A stretch of DNA of 64,000 nucleotides, taken from NCBI GenBank assembly GCA_965205015.1, contig OZ242029.1, positions 2,912,001 to 2,976,000 of the forward strand, written 5' to 3'. Position 1 is the stretch's first letter, and every line of letters starts with the position of its first letter. The notes beneath the pieces were generated by a model. That model saw nothing but the letters and a program-made list of their open reading frames with translations, was not told the DNA's origin and ran no database searches. Made by a program: the position numbers and the translations under genes. Positions 38,978 through 48,613 of this stretch are shown here, one piece after another. Source of the DNA: Candidatus Poribacteria bacterium. GTDB lineage: Bacteria > Poribacteria > WGA-4E > WGA-3G.

Positions 38978-39751
38978 TTAGGTGGCAAAGGCAATCAAAT
39001 CTATGAGCATCTGACGCATATCTGCCCGGTGAACGATCGAATCGATAAATCCATGTTCCAGCAATGATTCAGCTTTCTGGAAGTTTTCCGGGAGTTCCTC
39101 ACGGAGGCTGGCAACGGCTAACGGACCCGCGAAGCCGATCCGTGCGCCTGGCTCAGCAACAATTACATCACCGAGTGAAGTGTAACTGGCAGTCGCACCG
39201 CCAAAAGTTGGATCGGTGACAACGGAGATATAGAAAACGCCAGATTTAGCATACGCCGCGCACGCGGCAGCGGTTTTCGCCATCTGCATTAAAGCGAGCG
39301 TGCCTTCTTGCATCCGCATCCCACCACTCACGGAGACAATCACTAACGGTAACCGGTTTTCAAGGGCGCGTTCAATACATCGCGTAACCTTTTCTCCGAT
39401 AACGGAGCCGCACGTGCCGCCTATGAATCCGACATCCCCAATTGCAATAGCCGTCGGATACCCCCCGATATCGGCTATGCCAGAAAGCATCTCGGATCTG
39501 AGTCCTGTTTTTGCGACATCCCTCTCCAGTTTTTCTGGATATTCTGGGAATTCCAGCGAATCAATAGAGTAAAGGTTCGCATCGTATTCTTCAAAACTAT
39601 CCGCATCTATAATGAGGTTGAGTCGTTCATGAGCGCTCATATAGTGATGATAATCGCAGTGGGGGCAGACCTTGAGATTTTTAGTGAATGTCTCTACCGC
39701 GATCTGCGCATTGCAATTTCTACATGAGATTGTTTTTGCAGTTTCAGACAT
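38978..39751 (-). CDS. accD: Acetyl-CoA carboxylase carboxyltransferase beta subunit
   Basis: CRNC/CPHC Zn finger, SGGMRMQEG, LMQMAKT, AEPGARIGFAGP, FQKAESLLEHGFID. Confidence 0.85.
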   Translation of the reverse strand: MSETAKTISCRNCNAQIAVETFTKNLKVCPHCDYHHYMSAHERLNLIIDADSFEEYDANLYSIDSLEFPEYPEKLERDVAKTGLRSEMLSGIADIGGYPTAIAIGDVGFIGGTCGSVIGEKVTRCIERALENRLPLVIVSVSGGMRMQEGTLALMQMAKTAAACAAYAKSGVFYISVVTDPTFGGATASYTSLGDVIVAEPGARIGFAGPLAVASLREELPENFQKAESLLEHGFIDSIVHRADMRQMLIDLIAFAT

Positions 39752-39820
39752 TTTTTTATGAATGGGGAGGACGAGGTTCGGAAACCTCGCCCACTAAAAA
39801 ATAAGTTACGAATTTCAGTG

Positions 39821-40597
39821 TTAGCGTCCCGCTTTCAGGCGACTCCAGGTCGTAGAGAGTTTCCCAGTTGCTTCAACAGCGAGTGCGTCCACGCCCTGCT
39901 CCATGAACGTATTGATCTCTTCCTCGCTCAGTGCGCGATTCCAGAGACGGACCTCGTCGATAATGCCAGCGAAGACGTAGTTAAGACGGTCACAATCCTG
40001 TCCAATCCGCCACGGATCGTCGTTGACTTTAAGTTTCCCCGGGGTATCCCCTTCCATTACCTCTTTGCCGTCATAGTAGATTTTGGTTTTCTTGGTATCG
40101 TTGGTGAAAGCGATATGCACAAATTCCCCAGTCTCAGGCAAATCGGTTGCGATATCGGCGCGCCCGGATTCGGTTTCAAGACGGATTTTGAAGACCCCGC
40201 CTTCACTGAACACCCCGTATTGGACCCTACCGCCACAGCCACCATGAACGGATTTACCGACGATTTGACGGACACCGTTCCATTCTTCGGAGTTGATCCA
40301 CGCCATAAACGAGAATTCATCCACGTTCAGCTTGGCAGTGCTTTCAACGGTGACAAAAACGTCGCTGCCTGGACCTCCAAATTCCAACGCTTTCCCGAAT
40401 TTGCCATTGACCCACTTCGGGTTATCGATGACACCCTCATGCTTGTTTCCGCTGAGATCTTCCGCTTTTTCACCCTTGCCCTCGTCATAAGCGTGGTAGA
40501 CTACTAAGCCGTCCAGAAACTCTTCTGGACCAACGGACAGAGCGAAGGGGGCCACCCCCAAAAGCAGTGTGATGGATAAACAAATAGTCAGTTTCAT
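39821..40597 (-). CDS. Secreted LamG-like (concanavalin A-like) protein
   Basis: Signal peptide, YDEGKG..AEDLSGNKHEG, GKFGKALEF, FAGIIDEVRLWNRALS; tail VEATGKLSTTWSRLK. Confidence 0.85.
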   Translation of the reverse strand: MKLTICLSITLLLGVAPFALSVGPEEFLDGLVVYHAYDEGKGEKAEDLSGNKHEGVIDNPKWVNGKFGKALEFGGPGSDVFVTVESTAKLNVDEFSFMAWINSEEWNGVRQIVGKSVHGGCGGRVQYGVFSEGGVFKIRLETESGRADIATDLPETGEFVHIAFTNDTKKTKIYYDGKEVMEGDTPGKLKVNDDPWRIGQDCDRLNYVFAGIIDEVRLWNRALSEEEINTFMEQGVDALAVEATGKLSTTWSRLKAGR

Positions 40598-40722
40598 AAT
40601 CAGAATTTCCTCCCTATAGGTAAAGATAAGATATTATAATAGACGGAAAAACATCTGTCAAGAAAAAATGGAAATGGCGATCAGCACTCAGCAAGCGGCG
40701 GGATTTGGATGATTGTTGGATA

Positions 40723-42630
40723 TCAGGCGTTCAAGCCGAGTTGGGCACTCAATTCTATGATGCGTCTGGTAATGCCGGTTTTATCAATCCGATTGCTATC
40801 CACAAATTCTTGGTATGGGGGCAACAGTCCGTCTGGGATCATGATACGGGAATTCGCCTCTCGCAATGCTAACAATCCCATGAAAATCTGCATTTCTGGT
40901 GAGTAGTCGGGTATAAAGTCCTCCAACGCCTGACGGAGATCGGCATCCGTGAGGGTTTCATGTCCATTACGGCGCGCGACGTTGTTTGCGCGTTGAACAA
41001 TCAGGAATAGATCTCGCGAAGTCAACCCATCCATTGCGGAATCTCCGACAAGTGCCCGGAAGTTGAGTTGGTCAGCGGCTTGTCCTTGACAGAATATCCT
41101 TAAAATTTCTATTCTACCTTCAGCGATTGGCGGTAGCAGGATTAATTTTGTGTCGAAAATACCGGATCGTCGAAAAATCTGCGGCATCAGGTCTGGACGG
41201 CTCGAGGCTCCGACCCATATCACACGTCCGTGCAAAGATGGATCGTTGATAGCGTTCACGAGGCTCTGCGGGAACGGCTGCTGTTCTTCTGGATGCGTTG
41301 CGGTCCGTGGCGATGCCTGCTCAATATCATCCATAAACACAACCGTGGGTGAAATCCCTCGGATAAAATTAAGAGCGGCATTTAAATTCCGCTCATATGT
41401 GTTTCCATTTTCATTGATATTTACGGTTACCTCGCCGACCTGACTGGCATAGCGGAGTTGGACAAACGTCATGTTCGCCTCACCCGCAAGCAATTTCGCC
41501 GCGTAAACCTTACCGGTGCCGGGAGGACCGAGGAAGAGCATACCTCGCGGCACGCGCCGTAGATCCCGATGTCTCATCCCGTCTGCGATATCCTTAATTG
41601 TCCACATCGCATACCAGCCATCCGCAGAGGCATTCGTGTAGGTTTCACCGAGTTCAAGGATTCCGTGGCTGAAAGTCTTAATGCTCTCGCGTCGGTATCG
41701 CACAAGCGGCTCACCGCCCACCTTTTGTTGGGCAGACGCTGCCTGTTTCACGACATCGTGAATACCAAAGAGGTTAAGGCCTATTGTCTCGCGTGCAACG
41801 GATTCTCTGTCATGCTCGTTTCCAAGGCTTGACCGCATTTGTGACGGTGGATCTGAAATAGCATGCAGATATTCAATGAAATGGAGACGTTGGTTATGGT
41901 CTGGGAACGGGATTTCTATCAGCGGAATCTCCGGATTCACGGTGAGATTCGGATGGATATCAAATGTGTTATGGGTAAGGAGCAGGATGATGTGTTTGCG
42001 CTTTCGGATCTCCAGGTCGGATGCCCAATTCTGTATCTGATTGAAAAAACGTTGCAGATCATCGTTAGAGGCACTGCTCAACGAAGGATCGTTTGGTGCG
42101 AGTTGTTCCAGAAAGTTGATAACCAATCCGACCCTCGCTCTGTCTTGCCGCAACAGATGGTTCAATCTCTCTCGCAACTCCTCAGAAGGTGCCGGATCTA
42201 TGTGCATGAACGGGTCTTCGTGAGGTTTATCTAACGCCAAAGCGGCATTAACTCTGCGGCGCGCAACGTGCGGATCTACCTCGTGCTCATCGATATCTAC
42301 CTCTTCAACTTCCCGAAAACGCCGAAGCGTCTGAAGCCATGTCGCTATACTCTGAAAATGAAAGGCCCCGGTTTTCTCGTACTCCGGGACAACCTCCAAC
42401 ATTTTTTGGGTCGCTCGCCACCGCCCAATATTCGGCAGATGGATGCCGTGTGATGTATTATAGCCGAGGACGAGTTCACAGCCCAGCATATTGAGCTGCT
42501 CCATGAGATATTCCGTCGTCGGCAAGTAGCCGTAAGCGTCGTCATATAGCAGGTCTTGGACGTTAAAGTGGAGGAGAAATTGGTGTGCAGACCCGGCATC
42601 GTAGTGTCTTTTTATCTGTTCCCAAAACAT
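40723..42630 (-). CDS. AAA+ ATPase (Ycf46-like architecture) with atypical Walker motifs
   Basis: RGMLFLGPPGTGKVYAAK, VVFMDDIEQ, ASSRPDL...RRSGIFD; degenerate N-terminal AAA-like domain. Confidence 0.75.
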   Translation of the reverse strand: MFWEQIKRHYDAGSAHQFLLHFNVQDLLYDDAYGYLPTTEYLMEQLNMLGCELVLGYNTSHGIHLPNIGRWRATQKMLEVVPEYEKTGAFHFQSIATWLQTLRRFREVEEVDIDEHEVDPHVARRRVNAALALDKPHEDPFMHIDPAPSEELRERLNHLLRQDRARVGLVINFLEQLAPNDPSLSSASNDDLQRFFNQIQNWASDLEIRKRKHIILLLTHNTFDIHPNLTVNPEIPLIEIPFPDHNQRLHFIEYLHAISDPPSQMRSSLGNEHDRESVARETIGLNLFGIHDVVKQAASAQQKVGGEPLVRYRRESIKTFSHGILELGETYTNASADGWYAMWTIKDIADGMRHRDLRRVPRGMLFLGPPGTGKVYAAKLLAGEANMTFVQLRYASQVGEVTVNINENGNTYERNLNAALNFIRGISPTVVFMDDIEQASPRTATHPEEQQPFPQSLVNAINDPSLHGRVIWVGASSRPDLMPQIFRRSGIFDTKLILLPPIAEGRIEILRIFCQGQAADQLNFRALVGDSAMDGLTSRDLFLIVQRANNVARRNGHETLTDADLRQALEDFIPDYSPEMQIFMGLLALREANSRIMIPDGLLPPYQEFVDSNRIDKTGITRRIIELSAQLGLNA

Positions 42631-42720
42631 TTTTTAATTTTACCTTGCGGGAGAACAACGTGGGTTCGGACTTTGACGTGCCTCTCTCGCGAGTCGCCTG
42701 CGCCGTTGTTGCAGGCTACG
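42631..42720 (-). repeat. Dispersed repeat family A copy ending at the AAA start codon
   Basis: Reverse complement reads agcctgcaacaacggcgcaggcgactc...ggcacgtcaaagt...cccgcaaggtaaaattaaaaa-ATG. Confidence 0.8.
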
Positions 42721-42989
42721 TTTCCGCTGTGGATGGAGATTACGCTATCTTAATTTTTTTTTTGCTGGATATACATCGCGAGTAAAACTCGCTTCTACAG
42801 CAAGGGGCGTAATCTATAAGGATGGAGATGTGGGCGCGCTTGGATGAAGATTAAGAATTTAATTCGGTAATATGTGGGCAGGCACAAGACCTGGGGAAAC
42901 ACCCAAGCAAAAACCCCCTACAATGTCTTTTTTGGGATAGGATTACCGAAATATTTATTTAAACTTCATGAAAGCGCGCCTACGATGTT

Positions 42990-43778
42990 TTAATGCGTCG
43001 TTTTGATGTTGCCCCAAGTGGTGGCTAATTTCGCGCGAGGATCAACAGACACCCCTAATTCTGATGCCATACCAATCTCGTCGGCACTCAAAGCCCGGTT
43101 CCAAAGAGAAACCTCGTCTATCAAGCCCGCGAAGACATAGTTAAGGCGTTCACAATCCTGCCCGATCCGCCAAGGATCGTCATTAGTTCTCAACACACCC
43201 GGTACTTCGCCTTCCTCGACCGCTTCAGTGTTGATGTAAATTGTGGCTGTTTCGCCATCGTTGGTAAAAGCAACGTGAATCCACTCACCTGTTGGTGGGA
43301 GATCGGTTGCGATGTCGGCTCTACCGCCTTCGGTTTCAAAACGAAGTTTGAAAACACCACTTTCGCTGAACAGACCGTATTGTGTCCTACCTGCACACCC
43401 ACCATGAACGGATTTACCAACAATCTGACGTGTGCCGTTCCAGTGGTCGGCGTTAATCCATGCTGCAAACGTACATTCGTTCACGTTCAAGAGATCCGTG
43501 CTTTCAACGGTGACGAACACATCGCTGCCTTCGCCGCCAAAGCGAAGCGCACCGCCGATTCTTCCAGAGTCCCAATCCGGATTGGAAATTTCACCATCGT
43601 GTCCGTTACCGCTCGCGTCTACAGCGAGTGTGCCTTCCCCTTCATCGTAAGCGTGATGTAGGATAAGCCCATCTGTGAGAGCTGCCGAGACGAAGGGTGT
43701 GAATAACATAGACAGTGCTACTGAGAAACACACAATCCCATAGAATGAGAATCTGCCAGTCAATATTGCGTTCTTCAT
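42990..43778 (-). CDS. Secreted LamG-like protein, paralog of 39821..40597
   Basis: Shared core SDVFVTVEST..LNV, RQIVGKSVHGGC.GR.QYG.FSE, DDPWRIGQDC.RLNYVFAG; tail VDPRAKLATTWGNIK; start moved to MKNAIL. Confidence 0.85.
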   Translation of the reverse strand: MKNAILTGRFSFYGIVCFSVALSMLFTPFVSAALTDGLILHHAYDEGEGTLAVDASGNGHDGEISNPDWDSGRIGGALRFGGEGSDVFVTVESTDLLNVNECTFAAWINADHWNGTRQIVGKSVHGGCAGRTQYGLFSESGVFKLRFETEGGRADIATDLPPTGEWIHVAFTNDGETATIYINTEAVEEGEVPGVLRTNDDPWRIGQDCERLNYVFAGLIDEVSLWNRALSADEIGMASELGVSVDPRAKLATTWGNIKTTH

Positions 43779-44000
43779 ATTTTGCCTCCTACAAAAAATA
43801 TGAAATATTATAACAGATTTATGGGATTCTGTCAAAGGAAAACAACGCCATCTATTTTTGTTTTGACAGCCGAACGACATTCTGCTATAGTGAAACCCAT
43901 AAGCATCACGCCAAAAAGGTACCATCAAACTTCAATTCGGCAAGGAGATTGAGGCGGAAACGGACAGTAACAGCACGAACGAAAAGCCAAGCATCAAGAT

Positions 44001-45374
44001 ATGAGAAAAACACGGGGCGATTTAACCCGAGGGAGTCTCCTAAGACACCTGCTACGGCTGTCAGGACCGATAATACTCAGTTACATGCTGCAAGAGGCAT
44101 TCAACATCGTCGATATGATCTTCGTTGGAAGGCTCGGTGCTGGCGCGATCGCGGCTGTCGGGGTGAGCGGGAACTTAATCCGATTAATCGGCGTTTTCTC
44201 GCTTGGCATTTCAACGGGGACTGGGATTATGGTGGCACAGTATCTCGGCGCGAGGAACCTCGCACAAGCCGAGCACATCGCCCTGCAGTCAATCCTGTTA
44301 GCTGTATTTTTTTCTATCGGTGTAACCCTCGTCGGCTATCCCTTGGCTGAACAAGGGTTACTTGCTGTGAGAATGGTAGACCCAGAGGTGCTAAGGCTCG
44401 GCACGACTTATATGCATATCATTCTCGCCGGTATTAGTACGATGTTTGTGTCGATGACGCTCGGTTCTATCTTCCGTGCGGGGGGCGACACGATCACTCC
44501 GATGGTGGTGCTGATTTTCGCAACGTTGATTAACATTGTGCTTGATCCGTTACTGATCTTTGGTTTATGGGGATTCCCGAAACTCGGCGTTGCAGGTTCG
44601 GCGTATGCGACGCTCATCGGGCGCGGGGCGAGCGTCATTATCCTACTCTATCTCTGTTGGAGTGGACGCGCCCCTGTTTCATTTCGGAGCGTTCGGTATC
44701 AGGTGGATCTGGGGGAAATGCTTGACATTTTAAGGCTTGGCGTTTACAGCTCTATGCAAGGGTTTTGGCGACATATCTCTCGACTCGGTTTCCTGTGGGT
44801 CATCGGTCCCTATGGGAAGACGGTTGTCGCGGCATATACGATCTGTATGCGGCTTCGGATCCTCGTGATGAATCCTGGCTTCGGTATTGCGAATGCGGTT
44901 GTTCCGTTAGTCGGCCAGAATTTGGGTGCGAATCAGATAGGGCGCGCTGAGAGATCGACACGCGTGGCAAACCTTTTAGGGGCTGCGATCATGGCAGTCA
45001 TCGGCGCGGTGTTCTTCCTTTTTCCACAGACGTTCATCCGGATTTTCACACCGGAAACGGATGTTGTTGAGATCGGCATCATTTATCTGCGGTTTCTGTC
45101 CCCGACCTTCGGATTTATCGCCTTTTCGCTCATCTTGGGAAGAGCCCTCAACGGTGCTGGAGACACCTTCTCTCCGATGGTGATTACACTTGCGGCACAG
45201 GTCATCATCGGTTTGGGACTCGTGATTCTGCTTTCACATTTCATCGGACTCAATGGCGTTTGGTCAGGGATCGCCCTCTCGAACGTTGTGCAAGGTATTG
45301 CGATGTGGGTTTGGTACAGTACTGGAAGGTGGAAGTCAATAAAACTTGTTAAAAAGAAACCAAAGGTAGCGTAG
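44001..45374 (+). CDS. MATE family efflux transporter
   Basis: DLTRG, NIVDMIFVGRLG, FRAGGDTITPM, NIVLDPLLIFG..GFPKLGVAGSAYAT, VGQNLGA. Confidence 0.92.
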   Translation: MRKTRGDLTRGSLLRHLLRLSGPIILSYMLQEAFNIVDMIFVGRLGAGAIAAVGVSGNLIRLIGVFSLGISTGTGIMVAQYLGARNLAQAEHIALQSILLAVFFSIGVTLVGYPLAEQGLLAVRMVDPEVLRLGTTYMHIILAGISTMFVSMTLGSIFRAGGDTITPMVVLIFATLINIVLDPLLIFGLWGFPKLGVAGSAYATLIGRGASVIILLYLCWSGRAPVSFRSVRYQVDLGEMLDILRLGVYSSMQGFWRHISRLGFLWVIGPYGKTVVAAYTICMRLRILVMNPGFGIANAVVPLVGQNLGANQIGRAERSTRVANLLGAAIMAVIGAVFFLFPQTFIRIFTPETDVVEIGIIYLRFLSPTFGFIAFSLILGRALNGAGDTFSPMVITLAAQVIIGLGLVILLSHFIGLNGVWSGIALSNVVQGIAMWVWYSTGRWKSIKLVKKKPKVA

Positions 45375-45424
45375 GACACAATATAGCGAACGTGTCCTAC
45401 AAAAAATTCAGGAGGAGTTAGCGA

Positions 45425-46264
45425 ATGATGGAAACCTACAAAGGTTACGTAAATCCACAACTGGTTATCTCTGCTGAGGAATTGAAAGGCACACTCGACG
45501 ACCAAACCTACTGCATCGTCGATACGCGACCGACGTATGAATATATCCGCGGACACATCCCCGGTGCGCTTCATTTAGATCTGTTCGGTTTAAGCCTCAT
45601 TGATACTCGGAAAGAGACATACGATGCCTTTATGTGGATGATAGCATACCTATTTCAGCAACGCGGTCTTGACCCAGGTAAACCGATCGTATGGTATGAG
45701 GACATATCGGGAACGCGCGCCTCGCGGGGGTTTTGGTTTTGCGAGTACTTAGGGCATTCCGAAACCCGTCTATTGGATGGCGGTTTCAAGGCGTGGCTGT
45801 CGGCAGATGGACCTGTGAGTACTGCGGGGGCTGAACCCTCGGAGGTTCCGCCTTTTCCGATAAATGCGCAACACGATATACACATGGATGCCGATGTGAT
45901 CCGGGTCCTGCTAAACCGGGACGACTTTATTCCGCTTGATACGCGCACTGACGATGAACACTATGGTCGGGTTGCCCGCGCAGAGCGTGCGGGTGCTATT
46001 CCGGGTTCTATCCACATTGAATGGCTCAATAATCTTGACGAGGCGGGGGCATTCAAACCTGCTGACGACCTCCGGGAGATGTATGAAGCCGTCGGGATTA
46101 CACCGGAGAAACAGGTCATGTGCTACTGACAGGGGGGCTACCGCTCTTCCCAAGCCTATTTGGCGTTGCGGCTCTTGGGGTATCCAAAAGTGAGCAACTA
46201 CATAGGTTCCTGGAAAGAGTGGGGAGACCGGCTGGATTTGCCGGTCGAAATTCCAGAGGTTTAG
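45425..46264 (+). CDS. Tandem-domain rhodanese/sulfurtransferase (SseA/MST-like), probable selenoprotein read through TGA at 46127-46129
   Basis: [21 protein letters not shown]; after TGA the frame continues [31 protein letters not shown]...LPVE to TAG at 46262-46264, the canonical rhodanese C-terminus. Confidence 0.85.
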
Positions 46265-46267
46265 CGT

Positions 46268-47116
46268 TTACATTGCTAAATTCCATATCTGCGCGGCAGT
46301 CCCGCCCAAGATACTGTCCCGATCATCAGCTGTGAGGAACGGAAGTCCTTCCCGAATCAGTTGGAGTTCTTGTGCTAAAGAGGGCCAGTTGTGTTTTTGT
46401 CTGTGATGTCCGGGGTAGCCCGTCCCCCATACCGTTCGCTCCGCACTGAAAGCCGACAGCAACTTCTCAATAAACGGATGCACGTCTGTGTAAGGGAAAT
46501 CCTGATGCGAACGTCCGGCGACATCCGAGAGTTTCAAGTAGACGTTATCATAGCGTGCAAGTTCCACGATGGGTTGAAATGCCGCTGCCTCAGCATCTAT
46601 CTGTGGGTAACCCATGTGATCGAGGATAAGTCTCAGATGGGGGTACCGTTGTGCGATAACGGCAACTTGATCCGCGAACTCCGCGCGGAGGTGAAATTGG
46701 ATAACGGCATCCACCGCTGCGATCTCTTCCCACATTGGTCGGTTCTGTCGAGTGAGCAAAATCTTTTCGTCCGGGTAATACATCGGATGGAAGCGGAAAC
46801 CGACTAAACCTCGCTCTTTTATCCAGTAGCGAACCTGCTCGGCGTTGTTCGGATCTTGTGGATCGATCAATCCGTGTCCGATAAACCGATCAGGAAAACG
46901 CGCGACCGAATCCGCGATGTAGCCGTTATCCCAGGTGGACCAACTCGTCTGCACGAGAACTGTCCAGTCTACGCCGTGCGCGTCCATTTCGGCTAAGAGC
47001 TCATCGGCAGTACCGGGTTCATCTGGATAGGAATTCCAAGTCGGTGCAGTGGGGCCGACGGGATACTTCGGGGGATCGATTTCCCAGACATGCACATGGG
47101 TATCTACAATCATCAA
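46268..47116 (-). CDS. Amidohydrolase 2 family protein
   Basis: IVDTHVHVW, GFRFHP, ILDHMG, NVYLKLS, VWGTGYP. Confidence 0.85.
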   Translation of the reverse strand: MMIVDTHVHVWEIDPPKYPVGPTAPTWNSYPDEPGTADELLAEMDAHGVDWTVLVQTSWSTWDNGYIADSVARFPDRFIGHGLIDPQDPNNAEQVRYWIKERGLVGFRFHPMYYPDEKILLTRQNRPMWEEIAAVDAVIQFHLRAEFADQVAVIAQRYPHLRLILDHMGYPQIDAEAAAFQPIVELARYDNVYLKLSDVAGRSHQDFPYTDVHPFIEKLLSAFSAERTVWGTGYPGHHRQKHNWPSLAQELQLIREGLPFLTADDRDSILGGTAAQIWNLAM

Positions 47117-47137
47117 ATGCTCCTTAACAAATTAGGT

Positions 47138-48340
47138 TTAGAACAGAAACTGAGCATCCACTGTTTCGCCAGCATCTAACGTTGCACCGGATGGAATCGT
47201 GATTAATCCGTTTGCCAAAACGAGCGAATGCAGAATGCCTGAACCCTGGGGTCCTGTTGTTCCGGCAGTGTAATGTCCATTGGATTCTTTGAGAATTGCG
47301 CGCATATAGTTAACGCGTCCGTCTCTGTTGGTAACGGGTTCGGTTAAGGTGGCTTTGAAGGTCGGACGCAATAGATCGGTATGCCCTGCCATTTTGAGGA
47401 GCGCGGGTCGCACAAAAAGTTCAAACACAACGAGCGAAGAAACTGGGTTGCCGGGCAATCCAAAAATAGGTTTTCCGTCCGAGATACCGTAAGCCTGCGG
47501 TTTCCCGGGTTTCATTGCGACGCGCCAGAAGTTAACTTCGCCTAATCTCTCCAATACACTTTTCACATAATCGTGCTCACCCACTGAAACGCCGCCGCTT
47601 GTAATCAAAGCATCCGACTTGGCGAGTGCTGCACGAAAGATGCGCTCTATTTCTGCTTCATCGTCAGGCGCGATCCCCATATCAATCGGGATGCCGCCGG
47701 CTTCCTCGACCTGGGCATAGAGACCATAACGGTTGCTTTCTCGAATTTTTCCCGGTTCAAGCGATTCGCCGAGTAGCAGGAGTTCATCACCCGTTGAGAC
47801 AATCGCAACGGTGGGCTTGCGGTGGACGGTAACCGCTGGGCGATTCAGAGAGGCGAGCATTGAAACTTCCGGCGGACGGAGGTGTTTCCCGTTTCCCATG
47901 ACCTGCTGGCCCACCGCGACACTCTCACCCGTGAAACGAACGTTTCCGGTTTCGTCAATACTCTCAAAAATTTTGACTATATCCCCCTCTCGCTGGGTCA
48001 CCTCTTGCATCACAACCGCGTCGGCACCTGCAGGCATCATAGCACCCGTCATGATACGTGCTGCCTGTCCGGCTGTGACCTGTTTTGTTGGCGCATATCC
48101 CGCGGCAATTGTTTCAACGATTGTGAGAACCGCAGGTTCAGCTTCAGAGATGTTCTGAACATCCGCTGCGCGAACCGCGTACCCATCCATTGCTGAATTG
48201 TCGAACGGTGGAATATTCTCTTCGGCATGCAGTGTCTCTGCGAGAACATACCCCCCACAATTTAGAATTTCCCGCTTTTCCGTGGGTAAAACCGGAATCG
48301 TATTCAGCATCTGCTGGCGGGCTTCTTCAACACTTAGCAT
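47138..48340 (-). CDS. moeA: Molybdopterin molybdenumtransferase
   Basis: PPFDNSAMDGYA, IMTGA, STGDEL, SGGVSVG..D, KPGKP, GLPGNPVS. Confidence 0.95.
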   Translation of the reverse strand: MLSVEEARQQMLNTIPVLPTEKREILNCGGYVLAETLHAEENIPPFDNSAMDGYAVRAADVQNISEAEPAVLTIVETIAAGYAPTKQVTAGQAARIMTGAMMPAGADAVVMQEVTQREGDIVKIFESIDETGNVRFTGESVAVGQQVMGNGKHLRPPEVSMLASLNRPAVTVHRKPTVAIVSTGDELLLLGESLEPGKIRESNRYGLYAQVEEAGGIPIDMGIAPDDEAEIERIFRAALAKSDALITSGGVSVGEHDYVKSVLERLGEVNFWRVAMKPGKPQAYGISDGKPIFGLPGNPVSSLVVFELFVRPALLKMAGHTDLLRPTFKATLTEPVTNRDGRVNYMRAILKESNGHYTAGTTGPQGSGILHSLVLANGLITIPSGATLDAGETVDAQFLF

Positions 48341-48530
48341 CTAATTTTTTCTCCTTTGCGTAATCTCATACTAAATATAATAAAGCATCACACCGATAAG
48401 TGCAAGCGCATCTTTTGCCACGCTTATATATTGCGCGATAACACAAATTTTAAAATATTTTTTTTGCCCAAAATCCCAATGATTTCGTGGCATATCGCGA
48501 TCTAATGACCCTCGTATTTTTCAAGTTCAC

Positions 48531-48559
48531 TTGACATCGACACAATCGTATGATATAAT
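48531..48559 (+). promoter_or_regulatory. Consensus sigma70 promoter of metal operon 1
   Basis: TTGACA-17 bp-TATAAT with extended TG; near-identical copy at 54803-54831. Confidence 0.85.
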
Positions 48560-48613
48560 ATATCGCAAGTTTTTTTGGCAATCTCATTTTCGATAATAAC
48601 ACGGGCATAGGTT

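Noticed and set aside
39758-40507. 249-aa plus-strand ORF
   Set aside because: Antisense shadow of the LamG gene; the similar shadow at 43275-43661 just reflects the paralogy
46120-46335. Frameshift explanation for the rhodanese C-terminus
   Set aside because: The conserved C-terminal motifs are in the same frame as the upstream ORF, directly after the TGA, so no frameshift is needed
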